A stretch of DNA of 64,000 bases from the NCBI GenBank assembly GCA_010093745.1, contig MU006001.1, positions 1 through 64,000 on the forward strand. The letters run 5' to 3'. The DNA is from Piedraia hortae CBS 480.64. Its lineage: Eukaryota. Under the pieces are notes generated by a model. The model made no database searches, was not told where the DNA came from, and saw nothing but the letters and a program-made list of their open reading frames with translations. The stretch's first letter is position 1. Each line of letters opens with the position of its first letter. Position numbers and translations under genes: made by a program. Below are positions 1-11,095 of this stretch, in pieces.

Positions 1-883
1 TAGTAACCGTCGCTCGGCTCTCGACTTCACGCGTCAACTAGTTTTCCGTAGAGATTTGTATGCAGGTACACATCTGCTCACAATTATAATAGGATGCGAT
101 GCCTGGCTGGGCTAAGCTTGATGCAGTAAAAGTTGGCTCGTTTGACTGAAGATCAATGACCCATCCAGGACTTGCCGGTCGTCGGGCACTTTTGAGAAGC
201 TTCGTCACCACGCCACCCGGTAAAAGGAAAGCCAAATGATGCACCTTGGCAGTCACATCCAAAGACGTAACATGCTGAGCCAGCATAATTCTGTGTCTGC
301 AATTTGTGGTTTCGCGTTTTTCTTCTTCCTCCGCCGAGGTGCACTGAGGACCGCAAGAAACATCATAGAGCCCGGCGTTGTAAAGAAATTTGGCTTCAAG
401 TTTGCTTTTTTCATAGAGTAACACTTTGTTATTGCCCAGGCACGGGGAGAATGAATACAAACGGCCAGAAACGCCATCGTTAAATGTCGTTCGCCTACTA
501 GAAAATCGGGTTGCTAATTACTTCTGGCGTGGTCAGATCGTCGAGCGCGTAGGCTAGCATAACTCGACTTCCATCTTCCACAAGGTTTTATTTGCTTTGC
601 ATCTGGATACCCGCATACTTGTGTTACAGCGCGCGACTCTCTCGATTCTCAAGGCTCTATGTATTTATGTGATACTTGAACTGAAAGATGCCAAGTTTTC
701 CTTGAGGTACCAAAGGCTCATAAATATTCATGCTTCTGCAAATGCAAGAAATAGTTGTCGCGGTCGGCAATCGTCGAGCCAGTTCTCGGCGCTGCTTGCT
801 TTCGATGTTGTCACTCGTCTCTTCCAGCTACTGTATTCTAGACCATGAAGAAAGATGTGACGAAATCGCAGCGATAAAGGGTG

Positions 884-891
884 AAAAAAAA
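884..891 (-). terminator. RNA polymerase III oligo-dT terminator of tRNA-Cys
   Basis: T-run on the minus strand (A-run on +) immediately 3' of the tRNA. Confidence 0.8.
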
Positions 892-963
892 AGCTCCCGC
901 ACCGGTTCGAACGATGGACCTTAGGATCTGCAATCCCACGCTCTACCACTGAGCTACGAGAGC
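892..963 (-). tRNA. tRNA-Cys (anticodon GCA), intronless
   Basis: Reverse complement GCTCTCGTAGCTCAGTGGTAGAGCGTGGGATTGCAGATCCTAAGGTCCATCGTTCGAACCGGTGCGGGAGCT (72 nt). Acceptor stem GCTCTCG/CGGGAGC; D-arm with A-box TAGCTCAGTGG; anticodon loop TT-GCA-GA; T-loop TTCGAAC. Confidence 0.95.
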
Positions 964-1152
964 TGTGCTTGAAATGTTCAACAATTGTAAATATTCGTAC
1001 AAGGAACTAAGCAACACCTATATCAAATTCTGCCATTTCCGTTGATTGCCTTACTGGAGGAAATGATAAGTGTTATCAATCGAATGAAATGTTTTCAAAT
1101 CTAACTCATCTTAATGCCTCGCTCATTTCAAGTCATACCTGTGATATTCCTT

Positions 1153-4100
1153 TCACCAACAGAGGCGGCATCCAACTTCACCTCGATCGATTACACTAGC
1201 AATAAGACGAGCGTGCGCCACCTTGGCGCCCACGCTCCTCGTAACGTATACATCAGCAGCGCTCTGACCGCTGGATCCATTAGTATATCCCGTTTTATAG
1301 CCCAATTGTGTTTTGAGCCGGTCTAAGGCTTCTTGGGCCCCTTTATTGTCCTTTTCAGGCCTTGACTCTGGAGAAAACAGGACAAGACATGTGAGATGCC
1401 AGACATGACCACAAACGAAGCCGATTAGTGGCTCCTCCACTAGGATTTAGTTAGTGTGAGGAATATAAATCACAGAGTTGAACGTACCTTCCACATTAAA
1501 GCCAGCACCGCAGCCTCCGCAGTGTCCCGTTCCGGCCTCACCGTCCTTGGTTCGAAGCTTCGCATCCGTCCCATGTTTATGCTCTCCATTTGCCTCGGCA
1601 ATATTTTCTTCTCCGGAAGTAGTATCAAATCGCACTCCACGCTTTCTATTATCACGTAGTTTTTCCAATCCCCCAACCACTTCTGCTCGCAATACCCTCG
1701 CCACACCCCGGGAGATGGAAGCTTGCCTTTCGCACTCTTGTATCAAATGTCGCACGCCATCTTTCAGGCCAGGGATCTTCAACCCTTCGGGTATACGTCT
1801 CACGATTTCAGCGGGATCTATTGAAGCAGTTGTCCCCACCTCTTCCAAAAGGCCTTTGATAAAATTGGGTTTGTCCATGGAGTAATCAAGCAAGTCGTCC
1901 CAAAGCTCATCATGCGACTTTGCAAACTCAATTGCTTGATGCACGTCGCCCAGTTCGTCGATGATCAAGAAAAGGGCACGCCGTGTTTGTCCAATTTTGG
2001 AGAGTATATACACCAGCTCCGGAATGTAATGCCTCTCTTCACAGAGATGAGCAGCATTATCGTACGAATACAATGTACTGGCTCGCAAAAAGGACATGAA
2101 CTGTTCTCGGTCGTATTCAGCAAAGAGCTGCACGGCGGTATCAGCTTGATCCTCCACCAGGGCACGACCTTCGGCGAGGCGGCGGTCAAACTTTCGACGT
2201 GGACGATAATCATCCGACGCCTCTGATTCTTTTTCGCCAGTCGACCCCGTCCAAAGTGCGCGGAGGTAGAAGAAGATGAATGGACGCAACGCTAGCCCCC
2301 TATGATCTAGCTGACGAGTGACGGAAATGGCAGACATGGCCCCACGAAGCGTTTCTTCAATAAGGAGGGAGATGGGCTCGGAGCTAAGCTCACCTAATTC
2401 GGAAACAGGAGCTGACTTGAGTTTGTCTGCTGAGACCCGCAAAAGAATGAAATCGGGGATATCATGAGGGTCAATGGAATCCATGAGCTTTTCTTCTCGG
2501 ATCAGGTTGATAGCGGCATCGGCATTTTGAGAGCGAATATAACACCGTAAAGCATCTTTAGGACGTCCGTCTGCAATGTAGAGCTTTGCAAGGCATTCGA
2601 CAAGGATACGCCAATCTCGGCCAGGTTCACCATCTTCTACTGCCTCCTCTGATGGATCGCCACAGTTCAAATGCTTCTCTATCGCAGCGATGACAGAGGT
2701 AACATCGAACAGTTCTGGATCCCAAATATCAAGTAATTTTTTTAGTCGTGGACGATTGGCTGAAATGTAGTGTTTCAGTACCGTCTCGTAGACTGTACTT
2801 GGTAGGATATTCTGTTCTTCGCCAGAGCTGGTTGCCGGAATATAGGGCGTGATTTCGTCAAACTTGGAAGCTTGAGCAAACGTTCGCACCCAGTGCTCCC
2901 AATTTGGACTCTTCCCTAGAACCTTGCCGGCCACGCGGCCAGCCTCTTCCCATTTGTTTGTCTCGATCAACTGCCGCAGCCAAAGATCGCCAATTCGGAG
3001 CTTTTCTTTCTCCACGGCTTGTTGCATCCTAGCAGATTCTGCAGGAGTATTAACTGACGCAGAGTCGGCAAAGAAGTCTGCAAGATTGCCAGATTTTATC
3101 TTGGATGACTCTGAAGGGCGGGAAGAGATGCTCTGCGCATCTGCAACGGTCGAATCGACAACTTCTGGGTGTTCATCAACGAGCTGCCAAGCTTCGGCGT
3201 ATTGCTCGCGCTGTATTACCCATTCTAAACGGTCACTGAGATCTCGTTTGACGGCCAGAATACAGTCATAAGGACTCTGTATGAACAGTTTAGGGCCTGG
3301 CTCGATGATATATGGGTGAACAGGTTCGGCAGGAATCGCCTCAGTCTGAGAAGGACCCCAAGTCGACGAAGATCGAATAGAAAATGTGGAGGGCCTTCGC
3401 TCTTTGCTGAAATTGCTCCCACTTGCAATGCTCACGCCGGAACTCAAGAGACGGGTTGCATAACCACCGCCAGCGGCTTCCCAGGCAGCCTCCAATGCCC
3501 CTCGCTGCTCGTTTGCTAGATTATCTGCGGCTATGTGTTGGCGTAGGTACAGCGAGGACGTGATGTAGTCCTGTGCCGACAGAGAATCGTATCGTGACAT
3601 TTGAAGGTCATCAACCTCGATTTCCGCACCATCTTTGACATCAATAAGTCTCAGTTGAGGCTCCAGTCCCGTCTTTAGCCGGCGATGTCGACCACCTGCC
3701 TTGGAGGGGTCGTGACTGCCGCCAATAGGCCTGTCATCATCGTCTCTTGTCCTGTAGGCCAGGATGGCGAGCATACTTGGGGTGTAAAGTGAGATACCAG
3801 AGACAATGCAGTCGGTAAAATGGAGTTTGTGCATGATATCAGCCACTCCAACCTGTTTATGGCCCGAATGCGCAGTGTAGCCTTTGCCTGGCCGGATATG
3901 CAATATCCAGGCAGTATCGCCCCAGCCCACCACTAGTTGCTCATCTTCCTGTGATTTCTTGCCATGCGGGACTTGCGTATCCGCTTCTCGAATGTTGGGA
4001 TCTGTCCATTCGCACCTGGCTTTCCACACACCGGCCATGTCCTTCCATCCTGGTCTATTCGGTTTGGCAGCATGTGCAATTCTCCGCCAAACGTCATCAG

Positions 4101-5037
4101 CGTCCTCTGGTGGAAGTTTTAGATGAGAGCGCATGATTTTGATGCCCTCTTCATTCACCCACACCACCCACTTTCCACTGCGAGACCACTGGATGCAATG
4201 AATGGTACCCTCTCCACTGTGCAACACTGTATCTCGACCAGAATGCCCGCCCAAGCCTATGCTGCCCAGCCATCCAGATGCAGCAGCTGTTGCTGAGCTA
4301 GTATTTGCGTTGGTGCTTACACCAGTCTTTCCCCCTACGGTGAGAATGAGCTGACCGGCGAGACCGCCAGAGAGGTAGGTACGATCACGAAGATAATCTG
4401 GGGAGAGGGCTACGGCTTGCACGGGGCGGGAAAAGTTGCGCAACTGCACGTCCTTGCTGTCGCCCAGAGACTGGACACAGACATGACCGTCCAACGAAGA
4501 AGTGGCAACGTAGATTGAGCTGGCTGGTTGGTTGGATATGACAGGAGCTCTTGCTCCACGAGGGCTCTGATGAGCGTTAGCTTTAGTCCTCGGCCCAGGG
4601 AGGTCAAGGAACTGGATACTGCCATCTGGTCCCTTCACCACAGTAGGCGCTGATGGAACGGGAGAGAGAGATATGCTGGTCACAGTTGCCTTGTGCCCGC
4701 GATAACTTCTAAGCCCTTCCATACTTGGTAGACGCAGCACATGAACGTTGCCGTTGTGTGTGCCTACAACTATTTTGCCGCCAACCAAAACAGCGGCACT
4801 TGTGCTGTCGCCATTCCGGTAAGTACTGGCTAAACTTCCGGTGATTTTTGTGAATTTGAGATGGGGTTCTTCTTCCTCATCTTGGTCTTCCTTGTCTTCG
4901 TCCTGATTACCGCTTGGCTGGTCCATTTCAAGATTAAGACTCGAATTCTTTGATTCATCAGTGACTTCCCTAGCCGTAGCTACTGATGAGGGTGGAAGTT
5001 GGGCCAGAGCATCGTCCCCCGCCTCATCGCTGGGCAT
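1153..5037 (-). CDS. VPS41: HOPS complex subunit Vps41 (WD40 + clathrin repeat + C-terminal RING-like)
   Basis: 1196-aa ORF with EEPHLKF..., VVGTHNGNVHV, DYSMDKPNFIKGLLEEVG. Intron 1440-1487 (GTACGT..CTAAC..CTAG) joins CGGC to the last exon VEEPLIGFVCGHVWHLTC (ORF 1153-1440). Confidence 0.92.
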
Positions 5038-5307
5038 TCTTCAACCAAGAATATCGGAAATTTGGGTAGATCAATTTGTCATCATCTTTGGTCGAGTCAA
5101 ATCAAACTGTTTTGCACTTCGGTGATTCGAACCCCTCGCTTGCTGTGCTTGCACGCCTGATATCCTACAGTACCGTCTGCGACAGATTCGGTAAGGTGAC
5201 GCTAGCTTGAAAATGGCTAGCGCCCGCCAACGGTGGGACCAAAGCTAACTTCACCAGGCTTGGCGCCCGCCTGTCAAACTCCGGGGACACTTGCAATACA
5301 TCGCTGA

Positions 5308-6567
5308 ATGAACCGACCCACAACCTGGACCGGGTTTGCCTCCGTAGCGGCGCGCGGTTTAGGTTTGCGCCCGTCTTTACGACCTGTTGTTTACAAACCC
5401 GTTCGCAATGGGCCCATTAAGCAATATCATTCGCAAATAGAGAGCGTAAAAAGTTCCGAAGAGGTTAAAGATGTCGCACCGGATGGCAACGTGGCTCAAG
5501 ACAGGCCGAAGCGGAAGGCGGCGCGGAGCAGTACTTCGCTCCGACGAGTTGCACTCGAGGCCCAGCGCTCACAGAGTATCATTCAAAGACGGGGAACGAG
5601 GGCACACATCAATCCGGAAAACGCAATCAGGGATGTGACGGCTTACTGTGCTGCGGAAACATACAATCTCGCTCGTGCAAAGCAGCTGATGGAACGCAAT
5701 AATTTCGTAGTGGATCCGTTCAATACGTCTCTTTATCCACAGGTTCTCCACGTGCAACTTTCAACCCGGGAGGCTCAGCAGCGTGACGAGGGCGATATCT
5801 TTATCTTCCCCAGCGGCAGTGTAGTCACCTGGAATGTGACTGAGGAGTTGGCTCGTCGTGTGGTAGAGCAGATTTTGCCCGGAGCAGCAGAGAACGGACA
5901 TCTGAAGACGCTGGAAGCCGAGGATCTCGAATACGTCGAGGATCCAACCCGCGACACCTCCAAGATTGTAGGCGAAACCATAATTCTCGGCACAAAGGCC
6001 ACTAAAGATGCCGAAACGGCTGGCGATGAACAAGTTCCTCAGAAACATGGCGCCGACGTGGTGCTTACCAAGATAGCCTTCTCCAGTGCCTTGGCCCGCA
6101 GCACGAAGCTGGCTGTGCTGGAGAATCTGCTAAGTGATTACTTTGCAACCACGCGAAGCATTCCCTCTACGCTGTCGGCAGGGAGCAAATTGCCTTTCAA
6201 CCGCAAGTTCATCCTACAGAAGACGGGACAACTCCTGTCTCTCCGGGCCCAGCTTAATCTGTATTCCGAATTAACGGATGCGTTGCCGGACATGTTCTGG
6301 GACAGCCCGCACGAACTCGGCCTAGAGGGCTACTATGAACAGGTCGGGCGTGCACTAGATGTGGGCTCTCGCATCAACGTGCTCAACGAACGCATGGACT
6401 ATGCTTCTGAAATCGCCAGAGTGCTGCGTGAGAGACTGTCCGAGAAGCATTCCAACGAGCTCGAATGGCTCATCATCGGCCTCATCGCCATCGAGGTCTT
6501 GTTCGAGTGCCTAAAGTTATGGAAGGAAATTGGGGTTTCGCAGCAAACGCAAGCCACAGATGCTTAA
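5308..6567 (+). CDS. DUF155 / RMD1-RMND1 family protein, probably the mitochondrial MRX10-like member
   Basis: VTAYCAAETY, IFIFPSGSVVTWN, AFSSALARSTKL, LNLYSELTDALPDMFWD, LEWLIIGLIAIEV; Arg-rich presequence-like N-terminus. Confidence 0.85.
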   Translation: MNRPTTWTGFASVAARGLGLRPSLRPVVYKPVRNGPIKQYHSQIESVKSSEEVKDVAPDGNVAQDRPKRKAARSSTSLRRVALEAQRSQSIIQRRGTRAHINPENAIRDVTAYCAAETYNLARAKQLMERNNFVVDPFNTSLYPQVLHVQLSTREAQQRDEGDIFIFPSGSVVTWNVTEELARRVVEQILPGAAENGHLKTLEAEDLEYVEDPTRDTSKIVGETIILGTKATKDAETAGDEQVPQKHGADVVLTKIAFSSALARSTKLAVLENLLSDYFATTRSIPSTLSAGSKLPFNRKFILQKTGQLLSLRAQLNLYSELTDALPDMFWDSPHELGLEGYYEQVGRALDVGSRINVLNERMDYASEIARVLRERLSEKHSNELEWLIIGLIAIEVLFECLKLWKEIGVSQQTQATDA

Positions 6568-6700
6568 TATGGAACAATCGACCTGTGCCGCAATGCATGT
6601 GTACATTAGTATAACCGAAAATTCATTACGTGATACACAAAGTCATGGAAGTAACGCTAACTCGCCTAGGAAAAAAGGGCTTCGTCAAGAACATCAAACC

Positions 6701-7532
6701 TCAAGGCTTAGGAATGTGCAATGTCTTCGAGATCATGCAGCATCCGTGTGCTAAGAACAAGCCCACAATGGGATGAAATTCGAACAAAGTTCCTCCAGCA
6801 ACAGTACCAAGTGGAATGTTATCCTGCAGCCAGTCACGTGAGGCCCAAAATGCCATAAAAGCCGCAATCGACAAGCTGGTGGGTATGGGAAGTCCCTCAA
6901 AGTAAGCGGCTTTTCCACTTGCGTCTTTGGGCACATTTCCGGTGGTGACGTTGAACCGTGCAAGACGCGCCAGACCCGCAAGTACAAAGGCTGTCAAGAA
7001 TAGCTGATCTAGAGGCGTGCGCAAGCCAATCGCAAAGGCGCACATGGCAGGAGCAACTCCAAAAGAAATCTGCACTATTAGAATTGCTCTTGTCCCGGGA
7101 AATTGAACTTGAACCTACCAGATCAGCTAACGAGTCCAGTTCCTGTCCCATCAAGCTGCTCTTCTTCCTCCAGCGAGCAACCTTGCCGTCAAAGAAATCA
7201 AAAAAGAGCCCAAATGGCATAAAAGTCAGGGCAATCCAGAGATTGGTCTTTACCGCCGGAGGACCAAGGCAATAGCGCATTGAGGACATGATGGACATGA
7301 CACCACAGAATCCATTCATAAGTGTGATGAGATCGGCAAGATGGTAGGCACGAATGAGGCTAAAGTGCCCCGGGTGCGGTGAGTTGAGCAACACTGCTTG
7401 CTTGTCCCGCGCTGTCATCTGTTTAGTACGAATCGCATAGCTATATAGTTTTCGACAACACTCACACGGCTCCTTGACCACTTCCTTGGCCATCTTCTCC
7501 GCGCTGGAATTGGGATTGGTGCGTATGGACAT
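6701..7532 (-). CDS. CHO1: CDP-diacylglycerol-serine O-phosphatidyltransferase (phosphatidylserine synthase)
   Basis: CDP-alcohol phosphotransferase motif [41 protein letters not shown]; ends LHIPKP. Predicted introns 7412-7465 and 7070-7118. Confidence 0.93.
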
Positions 7533-7617
7533 GTCGAGAGGTGAAAATCTAACCAAAGAGGAAGTTTGTGGGCTTTTGGGCCAAATTTGGGTGGTCCGAG
7601 CCCTGTTTGTTGGTAAT

Positions 7618-7663
7618 TGACATCACTTGACAGTTGCACTAATCCAATGACATCACTTGACAG
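7618..7663. promoter_or_regulatory. Exact 16-bp direct repeat TGACATCACTTGACAG x2 in the CHO1/APC2 divergent promoter
   Basis: Copies at 7618-7633 and 7648-7663 (30-bp period), within the ~150 bp between the divergent ATGs. Regulatory role is inferred. Confidence 0.6.
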
Positions 7664-7683
7664 ACCCACCAACCACCATTTTG

Positions 7684-10305
7684 ATGGCCAGCTCCGCTAA
7701 CGAATCGTTTCGTTCTATATTCCCTGTCGCCAACTTTAGTCTGGGCGCGTCGTTGCTGGATGGAAATCTGCTGAGCCCTGGAAGCGGTGCTCAGGGCGTC
7801 GGACGGCTTGAAAATGCTTGGAAATTGACTACGCGCTATCTGACCGCGCGGCTAAACGGTCATTATAGTGAACAGGACCGGCGGAGGGCAAGAGATGCAT
7901 ATACTCTTCTTTCTTCCGACCCTCTGAAACAACGGGAGCTTGTTGCTTGGTATTCTAATGAGGTCATTAGCCGTTTTCGAACGTCTGTGTTGCCAAAGTT
8001 GGACCAACTTTGGCGACGCGATGTTGACACTGACGTGACGGCAGCTTTACTGGCCGACACAGTCACCAGGCTCAGTACAGCGCAGTCTGAATATCTAAGT
8101 GCTGTGCAATCGCTAATCTCACCAAATGTGGTTGGACAGGCTAGCAGTCTAACCAATCGCATCAAGGAAAGACTGCACACCTTGTTCTTCAACTCTCTAC
8201 GGAAACAGCGGCTCAGTCATGCTCTTTGGCTGACCTTTTACCATCATATGAAAGGGTCACTCGAAGCAAATGATAACCCACCTGAATGTTTCTTCCGCGG
8301 CAAATGTACCTGCGATGTAGACGTCGACCACCTGCCGCTCTCAGAACTCGCAAATGTTGGTCTCGGTGGACCTGAAGGATCACGAGTGCTTGTTTTGGCA
8401 CTTATACAGCTGCTTGAGCTTATTGTTACAAGTCGGCCTTGCTTTATGGTTGATTGGAGTGGCCAGGAAAGCGTGGTTCCTCGCTTGCGTTCATGGGTTC
8501 GCGATTATTTGGCTCCGACCGTGGAACGTGGTTTGCTGAGATTAGAAGGGAAATTGTCTAGTAACTCGTCTGGCATGTTCAGTCGTCAATTGGAGGAGAT
8601 GGCTGTGCGAAAATTGGGTGAGCAGCGCACTGCAAGGTTGTTTGACTATACCAAATTTTGGCCCAATAGTCGAGGGGTCATCCTAGACCTGCGGGAGTTT
8701 CTTCATACCATTCCGTCCGAAAAATCAAAAGTCTGTGCCGGCTTCATCTCGCAGATCCAACAGCGCCTGTTGCATGCTGGCGCCAGCACGGCCGAGATTC
8801 TGAGCGTGTACATTGACGTTATCTGCGCTTTTCGGCTTTTGGATGCGCGAGGCGTTCTCTTGGAAAAGGTAGCTGGCTCAATAAGAACCTATCTCAGACA
8901 CAGAGAAGATGCGGTTGGCATTGTTGCAGCGAGCTTCCTCGCGGATCTGGATGGAGACGGGCAACCATTGGGCGCCGATGCAAACAGGGTCTCCGCCGAC
9001 ATCACTCGCTTGGTTTCCAGCGCAGGCAAAAGTTCTGAAGGTCAGCAAATCCAGCATCATGACGATATGGAGTGGATGCCTGATCCAATTGATGCCGGGC
9101 CGGACTACGACCCTTCTCGCTCCGAAGACGTCTTGGATTGCATAATGAGCTTGTTTGATCAAGAGGATTTTATCAAGGAGATCAATAAAGTTCTTGCTCA
9201 GCGGCTACTGGAGGCCAAGGATATTGAATTGGCCAGGGAGACCAGGCTGATTGAGTTGCTGAAATCCCGCAAGCTCGACGTCGGTAAGCTGCAATCAGCC
9301 GAGGTCATGTTGAAGGACTTGCGAGTCTCTGTTGCTCTCAACAGGCGACTCAACCCACACGCACAAACTTGCTCCACGGGCAAACCTGAACCTAGGGAGA
9401 TTCAGGCCGCCATACCTGCGAAAGGCATTGGAGGTGCAGAACTCTACAACCTGTTCAAGCAGCGCATCAGTCCTGGTGCGTTTCAAGCGGCACTGCACCT
9501 CATCGCAGTTCGCCGCGGGGAGCTGTACTTTCCTAAACGCATGCTACGCTCGAGAGAAAGTGAGGGGGTTGCGACCTCAACAGGAAATATTGCACACAGC
9601 GTCCAGATTATTTCGCGTTCTTTCTGGCCCCAGATGGCTTCAGCCGCTTTCCGGGCACCGCCTGCGTTGAACCAGCTGGATGAAGCTTTTGCAAAACAAT
9701 TCAGTAAACTGGGCAACCGGCGCACGCTGTCATGGCTGTCAGCTTCGTCCAAAGTGACGCTAACGTTGAATTTGGAGGATCGTGTAGTGCGTGAAGAATG
9801 CCTGCCAATGTGGAGGGCCGCCGTGATTGATATATTTGGCCGAAGTGGGGATGAAATGGACGAGGGCGAGGGTCCGCGTTTCACGGCGGAAGAGATCGAA
9901 AAGCGAACGGGGGTAGATGCTGACCGCGTAAAAGATGCATTGCGCTTCTGGTTGGGTAAACAAGTGCTCTATCAAGTGGAGAATGGCGTCTTTGCCGTTT
10001 TGGAGAGGTTGGAGTGGGTCAAGGAAGCATCTTCACCAAAGCCATTGGTCGAAGACGTTCCTACTGTCTTGGCCCAAGACGCAATGCTGAGGGAGAATGC
10101 CCCAACTTTTGAGGCATTCATACTGAACATGTTGCAGAATGGCGGACAAAAGGAGATTTCCGGCTTCATGGGAATCACCAACATGATGAAAATGGTCTTA
10201 CCCGCTTTTACCTATGGAGATGAGGAGGTACGTTGGCTCTTGACCGAGATGGAGAGGAAGGGCAAAGTAAGCAGAAACGGCGAGATGTGGTCAATTGCTC
10301 GCTAG
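7684..10305 (+). CDS. APC2: Anaphase-promoting complex subunit 2 (cullin-like)
   Basis: QRLLHAGASTAEILSVY, IRTYLRHRED, WMPDPIDAGP, AEVMLKDL, ISRSFWP, C-terminal WHB (ILNMLQN). First ATG at 7684; no intron needed. Confidence 0.93.
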   Translation: MASSANESFRSIFPVANFSLGASLLDGNLLSPGSGAQGVGRLENAWKLTTRYLTARLNGHYSEQDRRRARDAYTLLSSDPLKQRELVAWYSNEVISRFRTSVLPKLDQLWRRDVDTDVTAALLADTVTRLSTAQSEYLSAVQSLISPNVVGQASSLTNRIKERLHTLFFNSLRKQRLSHALWLTFYHHMKGSLEANDNPPECFFRGKCTCDVDVDHLPLSELANVGLGGPEGSRVLVLALIQLLELIVTSRPCFMVDWSGQESVVPRLRSWVRDYLAPTVERGLLRLEGKLSSNSSGMFSRQLEEMAVRKLGEQRTARLFDYTKFWPNSRGVILDLREFLHTIPSEKSKVCAGFISQIQQRLLHAGASTAEILSVYIDVICAFRLLDARGVLLEKVAGSIRTYLRHREDAVGIVAASFLADLDGDGQPLGADANRVSADITRLVSSAGKSSEGQQIQHHDDMEWMPDPIDAGPDYDPSRSEDVLDCIMSLFDQEDFIKEINKVLAQRLLEAKDIELARETRLIELLKSRKLDVGKLQSAEVMLKDLRVSVALNRRLNPHAQTCSTGKPEPREIQAAIPAKGIGGAELYNLFKQRISPGAFQAALHLIAVRRGELYFPKRMLRSRESEGVATSTGNIAHSVQIISRSFWPQMASAAFRAPPALNQLDEAFAKQFSKLGNRRTLSWLSASSKVTLTLNLEDRVVREECLPMWRAAVIDIFGRSGDEMDEGEGPRFTAEEIEKRTGVDADRVKDALRFWLGKQVLYQVENGVFAVLERLEWVKEASSPKPLVEDVPTVLAQDAMLRENAPTFEAFILNMLQNGGQKEISGFMGITNMMKMVLPAFTYGDEEVRWLLTEMERKGKVSRNGEMWSIAR

Positions 10306-10806
10306 CCTTCTGGCTTCATGATTCCCACTCGGGGAATTTTTAAACAATGTGCGACTGTCTACAATGCTACTATCATACTATGATGCAGACGTAGTAGGTT
10401 GGGGTTGGACGTGTTTCACCATGAGTCGAAAGAAGGTCCAATGGGCCTGCCAATGCCGCCCACGGATCACCGTATGACCCGAATCCACGTCTTGGAACCG
10501 AAATAGGCTCACTGGCCTAGGCCGCTTCGTGACCTTTCACATAAACGTCTGCCGATTTTGGCCTTTGGGGTGGGCTACTCTGCGGAACCATGCCCGGTTA
10601 TCCTTACACAGCCAACATTGTGTACTCTTTCTTGCTTTTGACTGTTTGTTACTTTTGATTAGCTGATGGTTCTAGCCACGCCTTCTCCACGGCCACCGAC
10701 CTAGGAGCCTCGAAAGACGTACGCACTTTGCTCAACCCACTTCAGAGGTGTACATCATCTTTTCTGTTCACCCTGTTGCAGACGCACCAGCCGTTGCCCC
10801 CCATTA

Positions 10807-10807
<1 letters not shown>

Positions 10808-10841
<34 letters not shown>
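10808..10841. repeat. 34-nt poly-C homopolymer
   Basis: Uninterrupted C run ~255 bp upstream of the aspartic protease ATG. Confidence 0.9.
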
Positions 10842-11095
10842 ATCCCGCAGATCCCTAACGTATTCCACACCCCTTCTTTGGCGAAATGGCTGTTTATTTA
10901 CAGCCGTTGATAAGGGGCGAGCTCCAAGACTTGAAGCACATACGTCAGGTAAGTATATAACATTGGTTGACTCTCCTCCCAGCAGTTTTCCATCACTTCA
11001 CCCACCATCTTTCCGCCCCACGCTCGTTTTACACAGTCTGCCCTCGAGGGTGCAGTGTCCATTCGTTGCTTAACGCCTAGATTTTACCACGCACC

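Noticed and set aside
1..850. Short ORFs 3' of tRNA-Cys
   Set aside because: No recognisable motif in any frame; may be decayed sequence but cannot be called.
5115..5140. GGTTCGAATC B-box-like sequence (minus strand) between VPS41 and the DUF155 gene, considered as a tRNA
   Set aside because: No T-stem pairing, acceptor stem or A-box; at most an isolated TFIIIC-like site that cannot be supported.
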